Assembly: GCA_964016885.1 (NCBI GenBank)
Contig: OZ024742.1
Span: 350,920,001 to 350,984,000 of the forward strand
Direction of reading: 5' to 3'
From: Eledone cirrhosa
Taxonomy: Eukaryota
DNA: 64,000 nucleotides
Positions 28,740 to 46,620 of this stretch are shown here, piece after piece. A program made the position numbers and the translations under genes. The notes beneath the pieces were generated by a model that was not told the origin of the DNA, made no database searches, and saw only the letters and a program-made list of their open reading frames with translations. Positions within the stretch are counted from its first letter, which is position 1. Every line of letters starts with the position of its first letter.

Positions 28740-29710
28740 ACAGGAGAGTGTTACGTACATGTCTGCCGAATTTTCTGGAAACATACATTCAAGCAACTCA
28801 ATGATTTGAAAACCCTAATTAACAGAATAAACAATAATATAAACTCTGAAATGGATTATATTCAGAATTAACTATCCTTCCTGCCATTTAAATCAACCCA
28901 AAAAAGATAAATATTGAAACTGATAATTATTATAACCGAACCGAGAATGCATGCACATCCAAAACATACGCAGACAAATGTTTCGTTTAATCTAGCAAGA
29001 AATATCGGCATCTGCAGTATTGTTTAACATTACCAGACGCAGAATAAAATACATTAATAATTAAAACAAATACTACTTGAAAGATATTATCTACCAATGT
29101 TAAATTATAACTGAACAGAACCTCCGAAAAGCAACAAATTTCCCAAACCTACGAAAGATAAACACTTCAGAGGTACACTTCCTCAAAACCATAAAACAAA
29201 ATAAAACATAGCGGCAAGTCCCAAGAATGAAATGGCGCACTCGAAATACGCAGAAAAATCAAATCAAAAGACAAGTAAAAGCCCTTAAAAATCTACTCCC
29301 CAATTCCACACAATGCACCACAAACACATCAACAGACATAAAGCTCCGCCACTCTAATTTTTGGATAGCATCAATCTTATTGAAACACATCGTATAAATT
29401 GAAATCGGAACGGACTTTTATTGCAGGAAATCATTTCGCCTTTTCAACAAAACATTAAGATACAATATAAAATGCAAGGATGTAAAGAAGACCATATAGG
29501 AAAAAGACACTTTACCTAAAATGAGAATGAATATTTATCGACAAAAAGTGAGAGAGCCAGTATCAGACAGATTCCAATGGCTGGGCATTTAGAATTATGT
29601 GCTACAAATAAGTTTCCCAAATTCCAAGACAATACTTCAAATATAACACAAACATATTTGAAAATATATATTTATAAAACAATACGAACCACGACTAAAT
29701 TTAATTTATA
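28740..29710 (+). pseudogene. Old degenerate PLE (different lineage, Neptune-like) thumb/GIY-YIG fragment
   Basis: HPKHTQTNVSFNLARN; CQGCKEDHIG-like motif; MRMNIYRQKVREP; IRQIPMAGHLELC. Confidence 0.65.
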
Positions 29711-30094
29711 AAGGCATTAACAACTATTCACACACAAACACACAGGCGTAGTAGGAAACACATTCTGATGCAACAGAATGTCCAGTACATTCTGTCATTT
29801 TAAATGTTAAATCTACACATCCTTGGTTTTATTTACTGTCAATAGATACACTCGGTGAACCATAACAGCTCTAATTATTGGCCCGATTTCAATTGCCATT
29901 AGTACATTTTTGCCTCGCAACCCTAAGGCACGGATGTAGTGGAGAACAACATATCGTGGCTACAGACCTAACTTATTGTTCATTGTTCCACTGATTAAAT
30001 TTAGTGAGCCATCATTATTTTGGACTGTGACTAGATACATTCATTGGACCATGTCACTCTCAACGTTTGGTGCAAATATTATTAATTTTGTCAG

Positions 30095-30270
30095 AGGGCG
30101 GTGAATTGGCAGTATCGGTAGAGGGTCGGACATGCTTTCCAGCGTAGTTACGTCCCTTTACAATCTGAGTTCAAATCCCGCCGAAGTTAACTTTGCCTTT
30201 CATCCTTACGGGGTCGATAAAATAAAGTACCAATAATTGCTGGCCTTGTGCCAAAAAGTGGAAACAATTA
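30095..30270 (+). mobile_element. tRNA-derived SINE
   Basis: GGGCGGTGAATTGGCAGTATCGG...GAGTTCAAATCCC...GCCTTGTGCC. Confidence 0.9.
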
Positions 30271-30505
30271 TTAATTTTGTCACAACCATTAATACACAAA
30301 TGTGGTGGAGGAGCAAAACGTTGCACTACTAACTTACGTGACCATCCACAACCAATAAATTGTATCTTTAACAGAAGTTTGTTTACATAATATTTGTATT
30401 AGTTTTTTTCATATATTCTATATATGGTAATTTTATAAATTCTGTTAGTTCACTAAGTATAATTAAACTTATATGTTCTTGGTGTATTCCTATAACATTA
30501 TTTTA

Positions 30506-30686
30506 GGCAGTATAGGTAGAGGGTTGGACGCTATGTTTTGACGCACAGAGTTACGGCCCTTGCCATTCTGAGTTCGAATCCCGCCGAGGTTAACTTTGCC
30601 TTTCATCCTTATGGGGTCGATAAAATAAAGTACTAGTAATGCACTGGGTAATTGCTGGCCTTGTGCCAAAAAGTAGAAACAATTAT
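30506..30686 (+). mobile_element. tRNA-derived SINE
   Basis: Same family; B box GAGTTCGAATCCC. Confidence 0.9.
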
Positions 30687-31233
30687 TTTAGTAAGTAGCA
30701 AAGGTATATCAGTGTAAAATAATTTATTATAAAATAATTAGTTTATAAACGTTACATCTTTATTACTAATACATGTTTAATCGCGTGTTTAGAATTCCAT
30801 AAAATTTCCCCAATACTATTATGAATTTGTTTATTATTTCGGATTTGTTATCCTATGGACATGTGTTGGTAAATATGGATGTTATTTGATAGATACTCAG
30901 GATATTAAAAGCTGCTAGGAATATTCCTGTTATGGTAGTAGAAACAACCGTCAATCACATAAATGATTTGATTTAATTTGATTCAATCCTGGTTATATTA
31001 AAACACACACAGACACATACACAAACAAACATACACAGACACACACATATATATATATTTATATATATATATATATAAGTACTATATATATCAGAGACAC
31101 ACACTGTATTTAAGGTCGAGTGAGACAATTTCGAGTGATCAGCGGCGTTTAGACTCACCTGATCAATGAAACAATTGTTAACCCTGTAAATAAAACCCTT
31201 TTTGTACAGCCGACCATATTGTTCTTCATTCTT

Positions 31234-31268
<35 letters not shown>

Positions 31269-31486
31269 TAACGTGTGTTATATAGTTATAGAGGTGCGTA
31301 TATACATTCTAATTTATATTTTTAATTATTGTGTCCCTACCCTGCCTTCCATAGGTTATAGATTATGGAATCTATAACCTATGGAAGGCACTGGTGGTTT
31401 TTCCCTGTTTCAGTGATGGCACACTATCTTTCTTTCTCTCTCTCTCTCTCTAGTGTGTTACCTTTTCAACATAGTGTATATATATA

Positions 31487-31700
<214 letters not shown>

Positions 31701-31734
31701 TACATGTATATATAAATATATATATATATATATA

Positions 31735-34093
31735 AAAGTTAAACAAGGTTCAAGAATAAATCAAATAATGAGTTTTACAATAGATTGGAAGCACTCAACA
31801 GTTTTGGTTTTCCAGAGTAATTAACATTAATTCAAAATATTAACAAAATAGATATTCTTGTGATCAAGTATATTTTATTATACATATTTCAGAGGTACTG
31901 AGTTAAGTTCAACAGTACGTCCTCATCAGATAAAATAAGATGATGCATGACATACCCTGACATAGTAGATGGTTAAGATTCAATCATGGTAGTGACAAAA
32001 CTCAATATTTATATACCTTAATATTGAGAACATGAGAAAAATATATAATACATACAATAGAGAGTGTGCGTGTAATACAGCTTAAAAAAATACATGGTAT
32101 CAATATAACTGTTAAACAAATTTATATTACTCAAGAAAGAGGAAGGAAAAGAAAGCATAGAGGAAGAAACAGCTAATGGGATAATATAGTTAGTAGGTAC
32201 CTCGAAAGACAAAAGAGAGCTGATTAAAGAGAGAGAGAGAGGGAAAAGGGGAATAATTTATGTTCAAGTTTATAGACAATTATACATATATACAATATAT
32301 ATCTAAACTTATTTGGTTGACCGTTAATATTCAAAATATTTAATTTAAGTTAGTTCAGAGTAATGAATAATATTTTAGGTTTTGGAAGTTAATAGGTATC
32401 TGTATTAATATTATAGTATACTATCAAGTTTAATTTCTAAAATTCAAATTTTATGAAATCAAATTTAAAGGATTTACAAACACAAGAAAGAAAATATAAT
32501 GTTTTTATAACCTCACGAAGGTAAACTTTACCAACATTATTTATAATATTGACAACAGTTTATATAATATAATTTATAAAATAATTACAGTTATAATTAT
32601 TAAAGAATTTATGATTAACAATTTGAGTGCCTAAAGGAACAACAGGCCTTATAATTAAACTTAAAGAAGTCTGAATTTTAAATTACATATATGTGTTAAT
32701 CAAAAAATATACAAGGATTATATTGTCTAAAAACTTAAGGTGATATATTTCAAATATACATAACATAATACAATAATTGTTTCTACTTTTGGCACAAGGC
32801 CAGTACATTACTGGTACTTTATTTTATCGACCCAGTAAGGATGAAAGGCAAAGTTAACCTCGGCGGGATTTGAACTCAGATCGTAAAGAGACGTAACTAT
32901 GCTGGAAAGCATAGCGTCCGACTCTCTACCTATACTGCCAATCCACCGTACAATAATACAATATTGTAAATAAGTTACTGAAAATATTGTAAAAAAAATA
33001 TTGTTAAAAATTAATGTTTTATATCAATTATTGTAAAAGGATCAATTAGTTGATATATACTATAAATATATAAGTCAAAACTACATGAGTCCAATATTTG
33101 TTTTAACAATATTTTCAGTAACTTATTTACTATATTGTATTATTGTATTATGTTATGTATATTTGAAAGGTATCACCTTAAGACTTTAGATAATATAATA
33201 CTTGTATATTTTTTGATTAACACATATATGTAATTTAAAATTCAGACTTCTTTAAGTTTAATTATAAGGCCTGTTGATCCTTTAGGCACTTAAATTATTA
33301 ATAATAAATTACTTAATAACTGTAATTACTTTATAAATTATTTTATATAAACTGTTGTCAATATTATAAATAATTTTGTTAAAGTTTACCTTTGTGAGGT
33401 TATAAAAACATTATATTTTCTTTCTCGTGTTTGTAAATCATTTAAATTTAATTACATAAAATTTGAATTTTAGAAATTAAACTCGATAGTATACTTTAAT
33501 ATTAATACAGATACCTATTAACTTTTGAAACCTAAAATATTATTCATTACTCTGAACTAACTTAAATTAAATATTTTGAATATTAACGGTCAACCAAATA
33601 AATTTAGATATATATTGTATATAAGGATAATTGTCAATAAACTTGAACATAAATTATTCCCCTTTGCCCCTCTCTCTCTCTTTAATCATCTCTCTTTTGT
33701 CTTTCGAGGCACCTACTAACTATATTATCCCATTAGCTGTTATTTACTCTATGCTTTCCTTTATTTCCTCTTTTTTCAGTAATTTAAATTTGTTTAACTG
33801 TTATATTGATGCCATGTATTTTTTAAGCTGTATTACACGCATCCTCTCTATTGTATGTATTATATATTTTTTCTCATGTTCTCAATATTAAGGTATATAA
33901 ATATTGAGTGTTGTCATGTATTACTCACTACCATGACTGAATCTTAACCATCTACTATGTCAGGGTATGTCATGCATCATCTTATCTTATCTGATGAGGA
34001 CGTACTGTTGAACTTAACTCAGTACCTCTGAAATATGTATAATAAAATATACTTGATCACAAGAATATCTATTTTGTTAATATTTTGAATTAA

Positions 34094-34095
<2 letters not shown>
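31735..34095. mobile_element. 2.4-kb fold-back PLE 3'UTR (family C); hammerheads 31871-31937 (-) and 33987-34045 (+)
   Basis: 31827-32995 inverted to 33100-34095; left arm has a ~90-nt tail; TTAT-CTGATGA-GGACGTACTG...CAGTACCTCT-GAAA-TATGTA-TA-ATAA. Confidence 0.9.
32769..32957 (-). mobile_element. SINE with 9-bp TSD TACAATAAT in the left arm of the fold-back
   Basis: TSD at 32769-32777 and 32949-32957; empty site in the mirror arm near 33135-33155. Confidence 0.9.
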
Positions 34096-34143
<48 letters not shown>

Positions 34144-34203
34144 TATATTATATATATGTATATGATCCTTATCAAGTCGGATTTTACTCTTCACATTTAT
34201 TAT

Positions 34204-34239
<36 letters not shown>

Positions 34240-34540
34240 AACAGAAACAGTAATGTTGTCTCTGATGTAGACGAAGCGAAAATCTATTTGGACAAATGAG
34301 AAACTCATCGCTATAATAGGAGTTAAAACAGCTAAATGCTGTTAAATAGAGCGATGGGCAAATAATGCGGATTGTCTCTTTGTCGACCACAGGCCGCTGC
34401 TCTCTGTCCTCTGAGGCAATTTTTGACCATCGCTGTGTTTAACAGCATTTAACTGATTTAACTGGTGTTCTAGCGATGAACTTTCTAATTTTCAGGTATC
34501 TATACATACATGCGTATATACATATATATTCTTATACAGA

Positions 34541-34600
<60 letters not shown>

Positions 34601-34729
34601 TAATAATATATATATATATATATATATGTAGATAAATCTAACACATATATATCCTAGAAACGATCGTTAAATAATGAACTTTTTTTGTTTAATATAAGGA
34701 ATTGTTTATTCATTATTTGTTTAATATTT

Positions 34730-34766
<37 letters not shown>

Positions 34767-37103
34767 ATGCATATGCATATATCTCTAGGTACACATATTT
34801 ATATACGTCTATGTTAATGTGTGTGTGGATATGTTTTCACATGTGAATGTAAATCACAAGTCAAGATCAATTAAATCTACAAAGACTTGATCTATTGTAT
34901 TATGTTAGCGGCAAAGTAATCGATCGACAACTTGTATATGTATGTGGAACACGAGGAAGAATAATTAATTCCTGTGATACAGTCTTTATAGGAGTTTGGT
35001 GGTAATGATGTTAATTTAAGTATGAACTACTTTGGCATTGTTGTTGAGAATATTGGCTTTGTTTGAAGGTATGTCAGTGATGTTGTTCGAAGCATTGCGT
35101 TTTTTCAATTTAAATGAAGGTATCATAATGGACTTTCAAAGTGGTGGGCATAGGTAGCTAATTGAACCAATTGTACTTGTGATAGGAGCTATTGAAGTCT
35201 GATATTAGTATTTTCGTTTTTGCCGATATACTAATATTTGTATCGTGTCTAATAACCGATTATAACATATTATATGGTAATAGGTAGGTAATACAAGATG
35301 ATATTGTCTAGAGGTAGTTTTAAAAACTAAAATTGCAGTGTAAGCAACTTTCGTTAGCGATACTTGCATTTGTCTTTACCTTTCAAAATATTGTGAATAT
35401 TGGGGTCCACTGGGTAACCTGTGTTTATCCAATTTGGTAGCACGTGTTCCCAGCACGTGCTGCCATTTGTCAATTCAACGTATCTGGTTAACATCTAGAA
35501 AATGTAAAATTGATACTCACTGCTTTTCCTATTAAATTCTCGTTCATGATAACACTCTACACGAGGAAGATTACCGATAAAACCTCACATTCGCTAAGCC
35601 ATTCCTGAATATGAAGTAATGAATTATATAGTTAAGTTAATATTCACTGCATATCTTAGGACGTAAACTTCTATTTGACAATTTGACTCCGCCATTATTA
35701 TCCAAATGAAATATATCAAGTACTAAAATTGAATTCTTGGTTAAACTCCTTGGCAACATTGTGCAAGGTGTGAATGTCATTCAGTTTATTTACAAATAGA
35801 TTTCCTGCTTCGAAATATATAGAAATATTCTTGCTTCCAATATTGAAATTATATATTTCCTATAAATAATATCAAGAACTAAGCCAACGAGATTTTGTGA
35901 TTTATAAATATGTAATCTCACAAAACCAATTTACATGTTTTATACAACTAGAGGTGCCTCATGAATTTCGAGAAATCACTATATATATTATCTAACGCCT
36001 TCTAAAATGTGACACATGCAAATATCAACTAACAGACATCATTTTTACTAACTGTGTTCATCGGAGAAATGTTTTTGCCAAATCTTCTGAAGATAATCCA
36101 GTATTTCAATAATCATATGTACAATGATGTTAGTCAATGGGAATTAAGACATTATTTCCCAGATGTTCATAAAACTATAGCATATAGAGGAATAAACATG
36201 CAATGTGGCGCCTACTATTCTGCTTTTACAGAAATGACGCATTCTAATGTTTAGACGATTCATCTGCTACCACCAGTCGCTTGCATAAACGAATAAACAG
36301 GGCGTGACTTATGCCCTAACACGCGATATTAAATCGTCAGCCCTTCCCTTAACAGTGAATAGGTGTCATAGGTATTCGTCGGGGACTTGATTACCCATCT
36401 CATTTACTTCATGGAGCTGCCGTTCTTCGACAAGCAACGACGGAGATGGAGAATTCGGAAAGTGAAATGTATCCAAACACTTACTTCCCCTTGCCATTTG
36501 GGCACTGCTATCAGTGGAAAATGCATCTTGGCGTTCTATAGAGTCGTAGTGGTGGGGTAAAGAGATGACGTATTTGGGGAACACTTGTGTGTCGAAGATA
36601 ATCAACTAGCCAAACTTTTGTTGGGGACTTTCGATCCCGAGACCTAGGATAACTTCCAAGAATTCTAAAGCTAGCAGTGTCACCGCGGAACATTGTCAGT
36701 GCGACACAATCTCCACAGGCATGGAGTGCCGTAATCCGGGAACATCTTAGATAGGTGTAGGGTGACGGAAACATACTGCTTCACATCGACCAGTGCCTTA
36801 GTTTTGCTGACTTGTGGAGTTATGTCGAACGCCTGCTGTCACGTTTAATAAGAATCTCGCCATCAGCTGTGTCAATAGCACAGATTGAACCGCCAGCATC
36901 CGGTAGCCAGGAAGAGCAGGGGTTTTCCACTACTGTGCCCCTACGAATCCATCAGGATTTACGGGTACATACATATAACATAAATACATACATACATACT
37001 TGCGAGACATGTTTGGTAGTGTTTTATACGAAACTATTTACTTAGTTACAGAGAGAATCACATTGAATCAAAGCAGCGATTCTTTGCTTAAATTTTAATC
37101 TGT

Positions 37104-37189
<86 letters not shown>

Positions 37190-37195
<6 letters not shown>

Positions 37196-37513
37196 AGTTC
37201 AATTTAAATTGTTGGGATACAACGAGCAAATATTATTATAACTGATATAAAGCACTCGACAAATATTTGGAGTAGATATACAGTATTAATAAATGGAAAT
37301 TATATTTATAAAACCATATTTATTTCATTATATATATTTCAAGGATACCAAGTTAAATCATGGTGTGCCTTCATCAGACAAAATACAATATATAACAGTT
37401 TTACAAATAGATAAATGACATACCCTTTCAGAAAGGTGACCGTTGTTTTTGGAGGCCATCCGGATAGTGGTTTGTTTACTTTAGTAAGTCATAGTGTTAA
37501 GAGTAAGTAAAAA

Positions 37514-37572
<59 letters not shown>

Positions 37573-39072
37573 GTGGAGAAAAGAAAGGGAAAGATAGATA
37601 AAGAAAAAGAAGAAAGCAAAAAGAAAAGAGAACAGAGGACAAATAACGGGGAGATATCAAAACATCAGACAGAGAAAGAGCTCAAGAGAGAGATATGCAT
37701 AGATGAAGGATCATAAAAGAAACTTTGAAAATGATTTACCAGTCAGATTAATTGCACCATCTAAATCTGACCTGGGCAGACTTAGCAAAAATATTCTAGA
37801 TAGAATAATACAACAAATTAAGAATTTACCTAATTTATCTTACTTAAAATTATGGAAAGGGACTAGTGAGGTTATCGATTGGTTTAAAGAAATTAAATAT
37901 AACTATAATAATAAGTTTATTCAGTTGGATATTGCTAACTACTACTCATCTATCACTCCTAATCTACTGAATAAGGCACTAATTTACGCATTTAAACATA
38001 CAGACCTAACTAGCAATGAAATGCACATTATATTATCGGCCCGGAAAACATTAATAGAATTTAATAACCAACTCTGGACTAGGGCAGATAGAAATAATAA
38101 TTTCGACATAACTATGGGATCTTCAGACTCAGCCCAGGTAACGGACCTTGTAGGCCTTTTTATAATTAATTCTCTACATAGAAAAATACCAGGGGTAACT
38201 GGAGTCTTATATCGTGACGACATGCTTTTACTTATAGAAAATAATAGATGTGAACTAAATAGAAAAAGAAAACAAATTATACACTTTTTTAATTACCTTA
38301 ATCTAAAAGTAGAAATAGAGAATAAATAAAAAATCACTTATGCTTTGTATGTATACATTGTGTGCGGGAGTAGATATAATGTGTTTCTCTGAGTGGGTGA
38401 GTATATATATATATATTGATGTACCTTTGTCTATGTATATGTGATATACGATAGATAATTTCTCTAGCAATATATTTAGTTTGTAGTGTTTAAATTCCAA
38501 TGTTTAATATATTGATCTCAATTTTAAACTAAATATATAATCATAATTAAACAATGTGTAATTTCTCATATTATATATCTATATTCCATTCACGAATATT
38601 AATATTTCTAATTTTATTTATTCATTTCATCTCAATTGTTAACTCAACTTAATATAACATAACTTAAGGTTTTCGTTCTCTACCCCCTCTCTCTATCTCT
38701 GCATATCTCTCTCTTGAGCTCTTTCTCTGTCTGATGGTTTGATATCTCCCCGTTATTTTTCCTCTGTTCTCTTTTCTTTTTGTTTTCTTCTTTTCCTTTA
38801 TCTATCTCTCCCTTTCATTTCTGCACGTTTCTCTCTCTCCATCTTTTACTTACTCTTAACACTATGACTTACTAAAGTAAACAAACCACTATCCGGATGA
38901 CCTCCAAAAACAACGGTCACCTTTTTGAAAGGGTATGTCAATTATCTATTTGTAAAACTGTTATATATTGTATTTTGTCTGATGAAGGCACACCATGATT
39001 TAACTTGGTATCCTTGAGATATATATAATGAAATAAATATGGTTTTATAAATATAGTTTCCATTTATTAATA

Positions 39073-39078
<6 letters not shown>
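37190..39078 (+). mobile_element. Family A PLE: inverted arm with tail, RT fragment, internally deleted, 3'UTR; hammerheads 37321-37385 (-) and 38971-39035 (+, GAAA mutated to GAGA)
   Basis: 37278-37703 inverted to 38695-39078; RT ORF inside. Confidence 0.9.
37703..38329 (+). pseudogene. PLE reverse transcriptase core fragment (open, 208 aa)
   Basis: KDHKRNF..PVRLIAPSKSDLG; FIQLDIANYYSSIT; FDITMGSSDSAQVTDLVG; LYRDD. Confidence 0.92.
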
Positions 39079-39124
<46 letters not shown>

Positions 39125-39130
<6 letters not shown>

Positions 39131-39548
39131 AGATCAAAAGATGGTTAAAGGAGTTCAATATATTTTATTATGCGCATTTCAAAAACAAACATCATCAAAC
39201 AATAATATTTGTGTTTTCATCAGATAAAACAGGAGAACATGATATGAAGGCTAAAAAAAACACTTGTTGATAGTGCAGTTTTAAATCAACATGATATGTT
39301 GATTTAAAACTGCACTATCAACAAGTGTTTTTTTTAGCCTTCATATCATGTTCTCCTGTTTTATCTGATGAAAACACAAATATTATTGTTTGATGATGTT
39401 TGTTTTTGAAATGCGCATAATAAAATATATTGAACTCCTTTAACCATCTTTTGATCTTATATTATGCATACTCCAGTCCCACAAACTGTAGAGTGCTTCT
39501 TATCCGATATCTGCATTGCTTTATTGTACTACAATAAAACTCACCTCC

Positions 39549-39550
<2 letters not shown>
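39125..39550. mobile_element. Perfect fold-back (family E); hammerheads 39163-39229 (-) and 39359-39425 (+)
   Basis: 39125-39292 inverted to 39296-39463; tail 39464-39550. Confidence 0.9.
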
Positions 39551-39638
<88 letters not shown>

Positions 39639-39667
39639 TATATTTATATATATATATATATATATAA

Positions 39668-39770
39668 AATAACAGATTAAACTTTAAGCAACGAATCGCT
39701 GCTTTCTCTCTTAACAGGATTTTCTGAAACTAAAAAAGTCAATCTGTGAACGCAGAAGTAAATATTTAAA
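39668..39770 (-). mobile_element. Family D 3' end fragment
   Basis: Matches 19220-19290 and the reverse complement of 42215-42305. Confidence 0.7.
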
Positions 39771-39872
39771 AAAACGTATGGGTATGTTCTTTGTAGAAAT
39801 ATTCAGATGTTGTTTCTGCATGATTAATATAAATCAATAGAGTCCTCAACCGAGGAGGCCAAATAGCGATAA

Positions 39873-43294
<3,422 letters not shown>

Positions 43295-43766
43295 TGCTAT
43301 GGTAGTAGGCAGGCCGCTGTCTTATTAGCAAACCACTTTCCACTGATTGACCTCGATGTCACGTGATTGATTCTCTTTGAATTTGCCACAGACGCAGAGG
43401 CAGTGATTTTCTCAATGGCTTGGAATTCAGTCCACGCTTTGCTATTTCCTATCCACTGAATTATTTTTTAATAAGTTTCCAGAGTCCTCGCTTTGCCTGG
43501 AAACTTAGTTGAGAATAGACTTCCCTGACGACGGAATGTTTCTGTATATCTTCTTCGGAAAATATATTTACTCCATTCCAGAAAGTAATTAGTTGGAAGT
43601 GATATTTTAGTAAGTAAGTTAATTTTATAATTTTCTTATTTTACGTCTCTCATATCATTGTTCTGCAACCCCATGCATTGAACCACAATGTTACTAAGAC
43701 AAAACCTATATATTTGCTAGCATTGATATGCATATGTATGTATATATATGTTACTAGATATTAATT

Positions 43767-43803
<37 letters not shown>

Positions 43804-43852
43804 TATATGGCAAGTAAGTATGTTTTGAAACAGTGAGTAGGTTTGGAATTAG

Positions 43853-44075
43853 AAAATAGAATAGCTTTCACCGTATTTTTGCCTAAAGGAATGTTAGCCT
43901 GATAAAGGGGTTTAGATCCCTCAGATAAATGGAAAAAGATGAGTATTGAGGTACATGTATGTCAATACTCCCATGTACGTCAATACTCATCTTTTTCAAT
44001 TTATCTTAGGGTTCTAAACCCCATTATAGGCTAAATTTCCTTTAGTCAAAAATACGGTGAAAGCTATTCTATTTT
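43853..44075. repeat. Diverged fold-back (~110-bp arms)
   Basis: AAAATAGAATAGCTTTCACCGTATTTTTG... inverted to ...CAAAAATACGGTGAAAGCTATTCTATTTT. Confidence 0.8.
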
Positions 44076-45689
44076 ATAATATATATATATAAATTGACAA
44101 CTCAACACAATACACTCACAGGATGCTTTTTACACTCAACATTTGATAAGATGTATTTTAATGATACATCGAAACCAATAATACTTCATATACTTTATAT
44201 ACATTATAAAACTTTTTTTAAAAAAAATTGTGCCTCTCATTTTTTATCATCTTTTCAATAATATTGGTACAGGATTAACAAAGACATAATAATATATTCC
44301 TACCTAATTAACAAAAAATCAATAAACAATTAACAGTTAAGCAAAATTAGCTCAGGGATATCCCGCTCTCGGATACTTTACACCCATGCATTACATATGA
44401 TTAACAAAGACATAATGGTATACCCCCGCGTAATTAACAATCAATCAATTAACCATTGATAGTCAAGAAAATGTACTCAGGGATATCCCACGCACGGATA
44501 CTTTACACACATACAGCAGGATAAATAATACAGGTGACCTTGTTAATTAGGCAGGAATATATTATTATGTCTTTGTTAATCCTGTATCAATAATTTTATA
44601 GGAAATTTTTTTAATCCTGTATCAATAGTTTTATGATAATTTTGTAATAATTTTATAATAATTTTATAATAATTTTGTGATAATTTTATAATAATTTTTT
44701 GATAGTACATTATTAGATTAGTGAAGCTACCTTATACCTTCTTAAAAATACATTTTATAATTATTGTTTTTTAAAAATACATTTTATAATTATTGTCTTT
44801 TGCTTATGTATTTTCTTACTTATAATTTTCTTTAATCTTGCCCAACTTGATGAGCTCTTTGAATTGATCCCTAATTAAATTACTTAAATTACTTAAATTA
44901 TTTTATCTATTATGCCTAAGTTGTATCTGTTGAACCAGCCCTTTGAAAATTCCTCGGATATCCCAAATACCGTAATTTTTAACTTTTAATTTATAATTTT
45001 CCCCAATTCGTGTATACATATCCTTAAAGGCTCTCTAAAATTTTAATTCTTCGAAGGGTCTCTCGGAGGAGGTTCCTATTAAAAATATTAAAGGGGCCTT
45101 TTCTGAGGGGTTTATTGAAGGCTTTTTGAATTAACCTTTAATTGATTAGTTTCTTTCAACTTAGTAGGGAATATCAAAACTTCGTAAATTTTCTGAATTT
45201 TTTTAACGAGATCTCTGGGGAAGAAAGTTTTTTTCCTTCGAAAGAAATTTTTTTCTCTCGAGGGAACTTCTTGGGAAACTTTATAGTTTTTAGGGAAACT
45301 TTATATCTTTATTTTTTTATTTTATTTTATTTTATTAGTCTCTTAATCTCTTCTAGTTTGTTAAATTTATTGGGGCTTGTAAGCTTTATGCACTTATTGA
45401 GGGATTTTTTAGGGTGCTTCTACGAGATCCCAAGTCTTTTACTTTTAATACGTAAATTATAAATTATCAAATTTTTAACCTTCAATCCCTGACTCTCAGG
45501 ACATTTTCAAATTCTCTTAACTCCACATAACCCATCCCTTTTACAATTCCGACAACTAATATAAAAGAGCCCCCTTAGAATATAGACCCCAAATATACAA
45601 GCGGAGCTGCTGATGTATACCACAATTTCAAACTGCTAGTCTTAAGTGATACGTTGATGTAAATAATGAACTTACAATCACATGTTATA

Positions 45690-45890
45690 TGCCTTGAAAA
45701 GCCCGACCATATGGTCGGACGAAACGGCTGTCGGCAATAAACTTGTTATAATGTCATAATAGTTCCTTTGTTCTTTTTCATTAATATTTCTGCTCTGCTT
45801 ATACGCATAGAGCTTAACTAGCTACCGTCACATATTTGGTAGGTCAGACGTGATCATCGCGCTTCACATACGACCTACCATACATCTTGC
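45690..45890 (+). mobile_element. PLE-type 3' end with core-mutated hammerhead (45690-45736), AATAAA and tail
   Basis: TGCC-TTGAAAA-GCCCGACC-atat-GGTCGGAC-GAAAC-GGCT-GTC-GGCA-ATAAA. Confidence 0.7.
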
Positions 45891-45947
45891 TTATATATAT
45901 ATATATGAATATTTACATATATATATATATATTGTCTCCAATTACTT

Positions 45948-46036
<89 letters not shown>

Positions 46037-46122
46037 TATATATAAATATATATATACATATTTTATATATATTTATACTAAACGAGGCCTCTTTGTATTT
46101 TAGTATTCAAATTTATTATTAT

Positions 46123-46161
<39 letters not shown>

Positions 46162-46367
46162 AACAAAAATATCAATAGGCATGTGTGTATTCCCTACCAT
46201 CGATTTTTCAGACGAATGACAAGGATTATATAGCACCCAAACATGAGAAATACTTCTGAATCTGTTAGTGAAAGATACATTTTTGTTAGTGTTGCTTCCA
46301 TGCTAAATCTTAGAAACAAATGATTTTTGTGATAGAAAATCTATATTTGATTGATTCTTGCGCTACA

Positions 46368-46458
<91 letters not shown>

Positions 46459-46620
46459 TTAGGCATAGTGTGTGTGAGTGAAAGTAGTTTGAGTGATAAA
46501 CGGCTTACGTATCACATATTCTATACTTTTCACTAACATGTCCGATTTCCATCTTCGTATCTACATTCTGTATATCTCACACATATACATATGTGTGTAT
46601 GTTTATATATATATATATAT

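Noticed and set aside
30095-30190. tRNA gene suggested by A and B boxes
   Set aside because: No cloverleaf; it is the head of a multi-copy SINE
43520-43575. CTGACGA..GAAA hammerhead-like motif
   Set aside because: No stem I partner or convincing stem III
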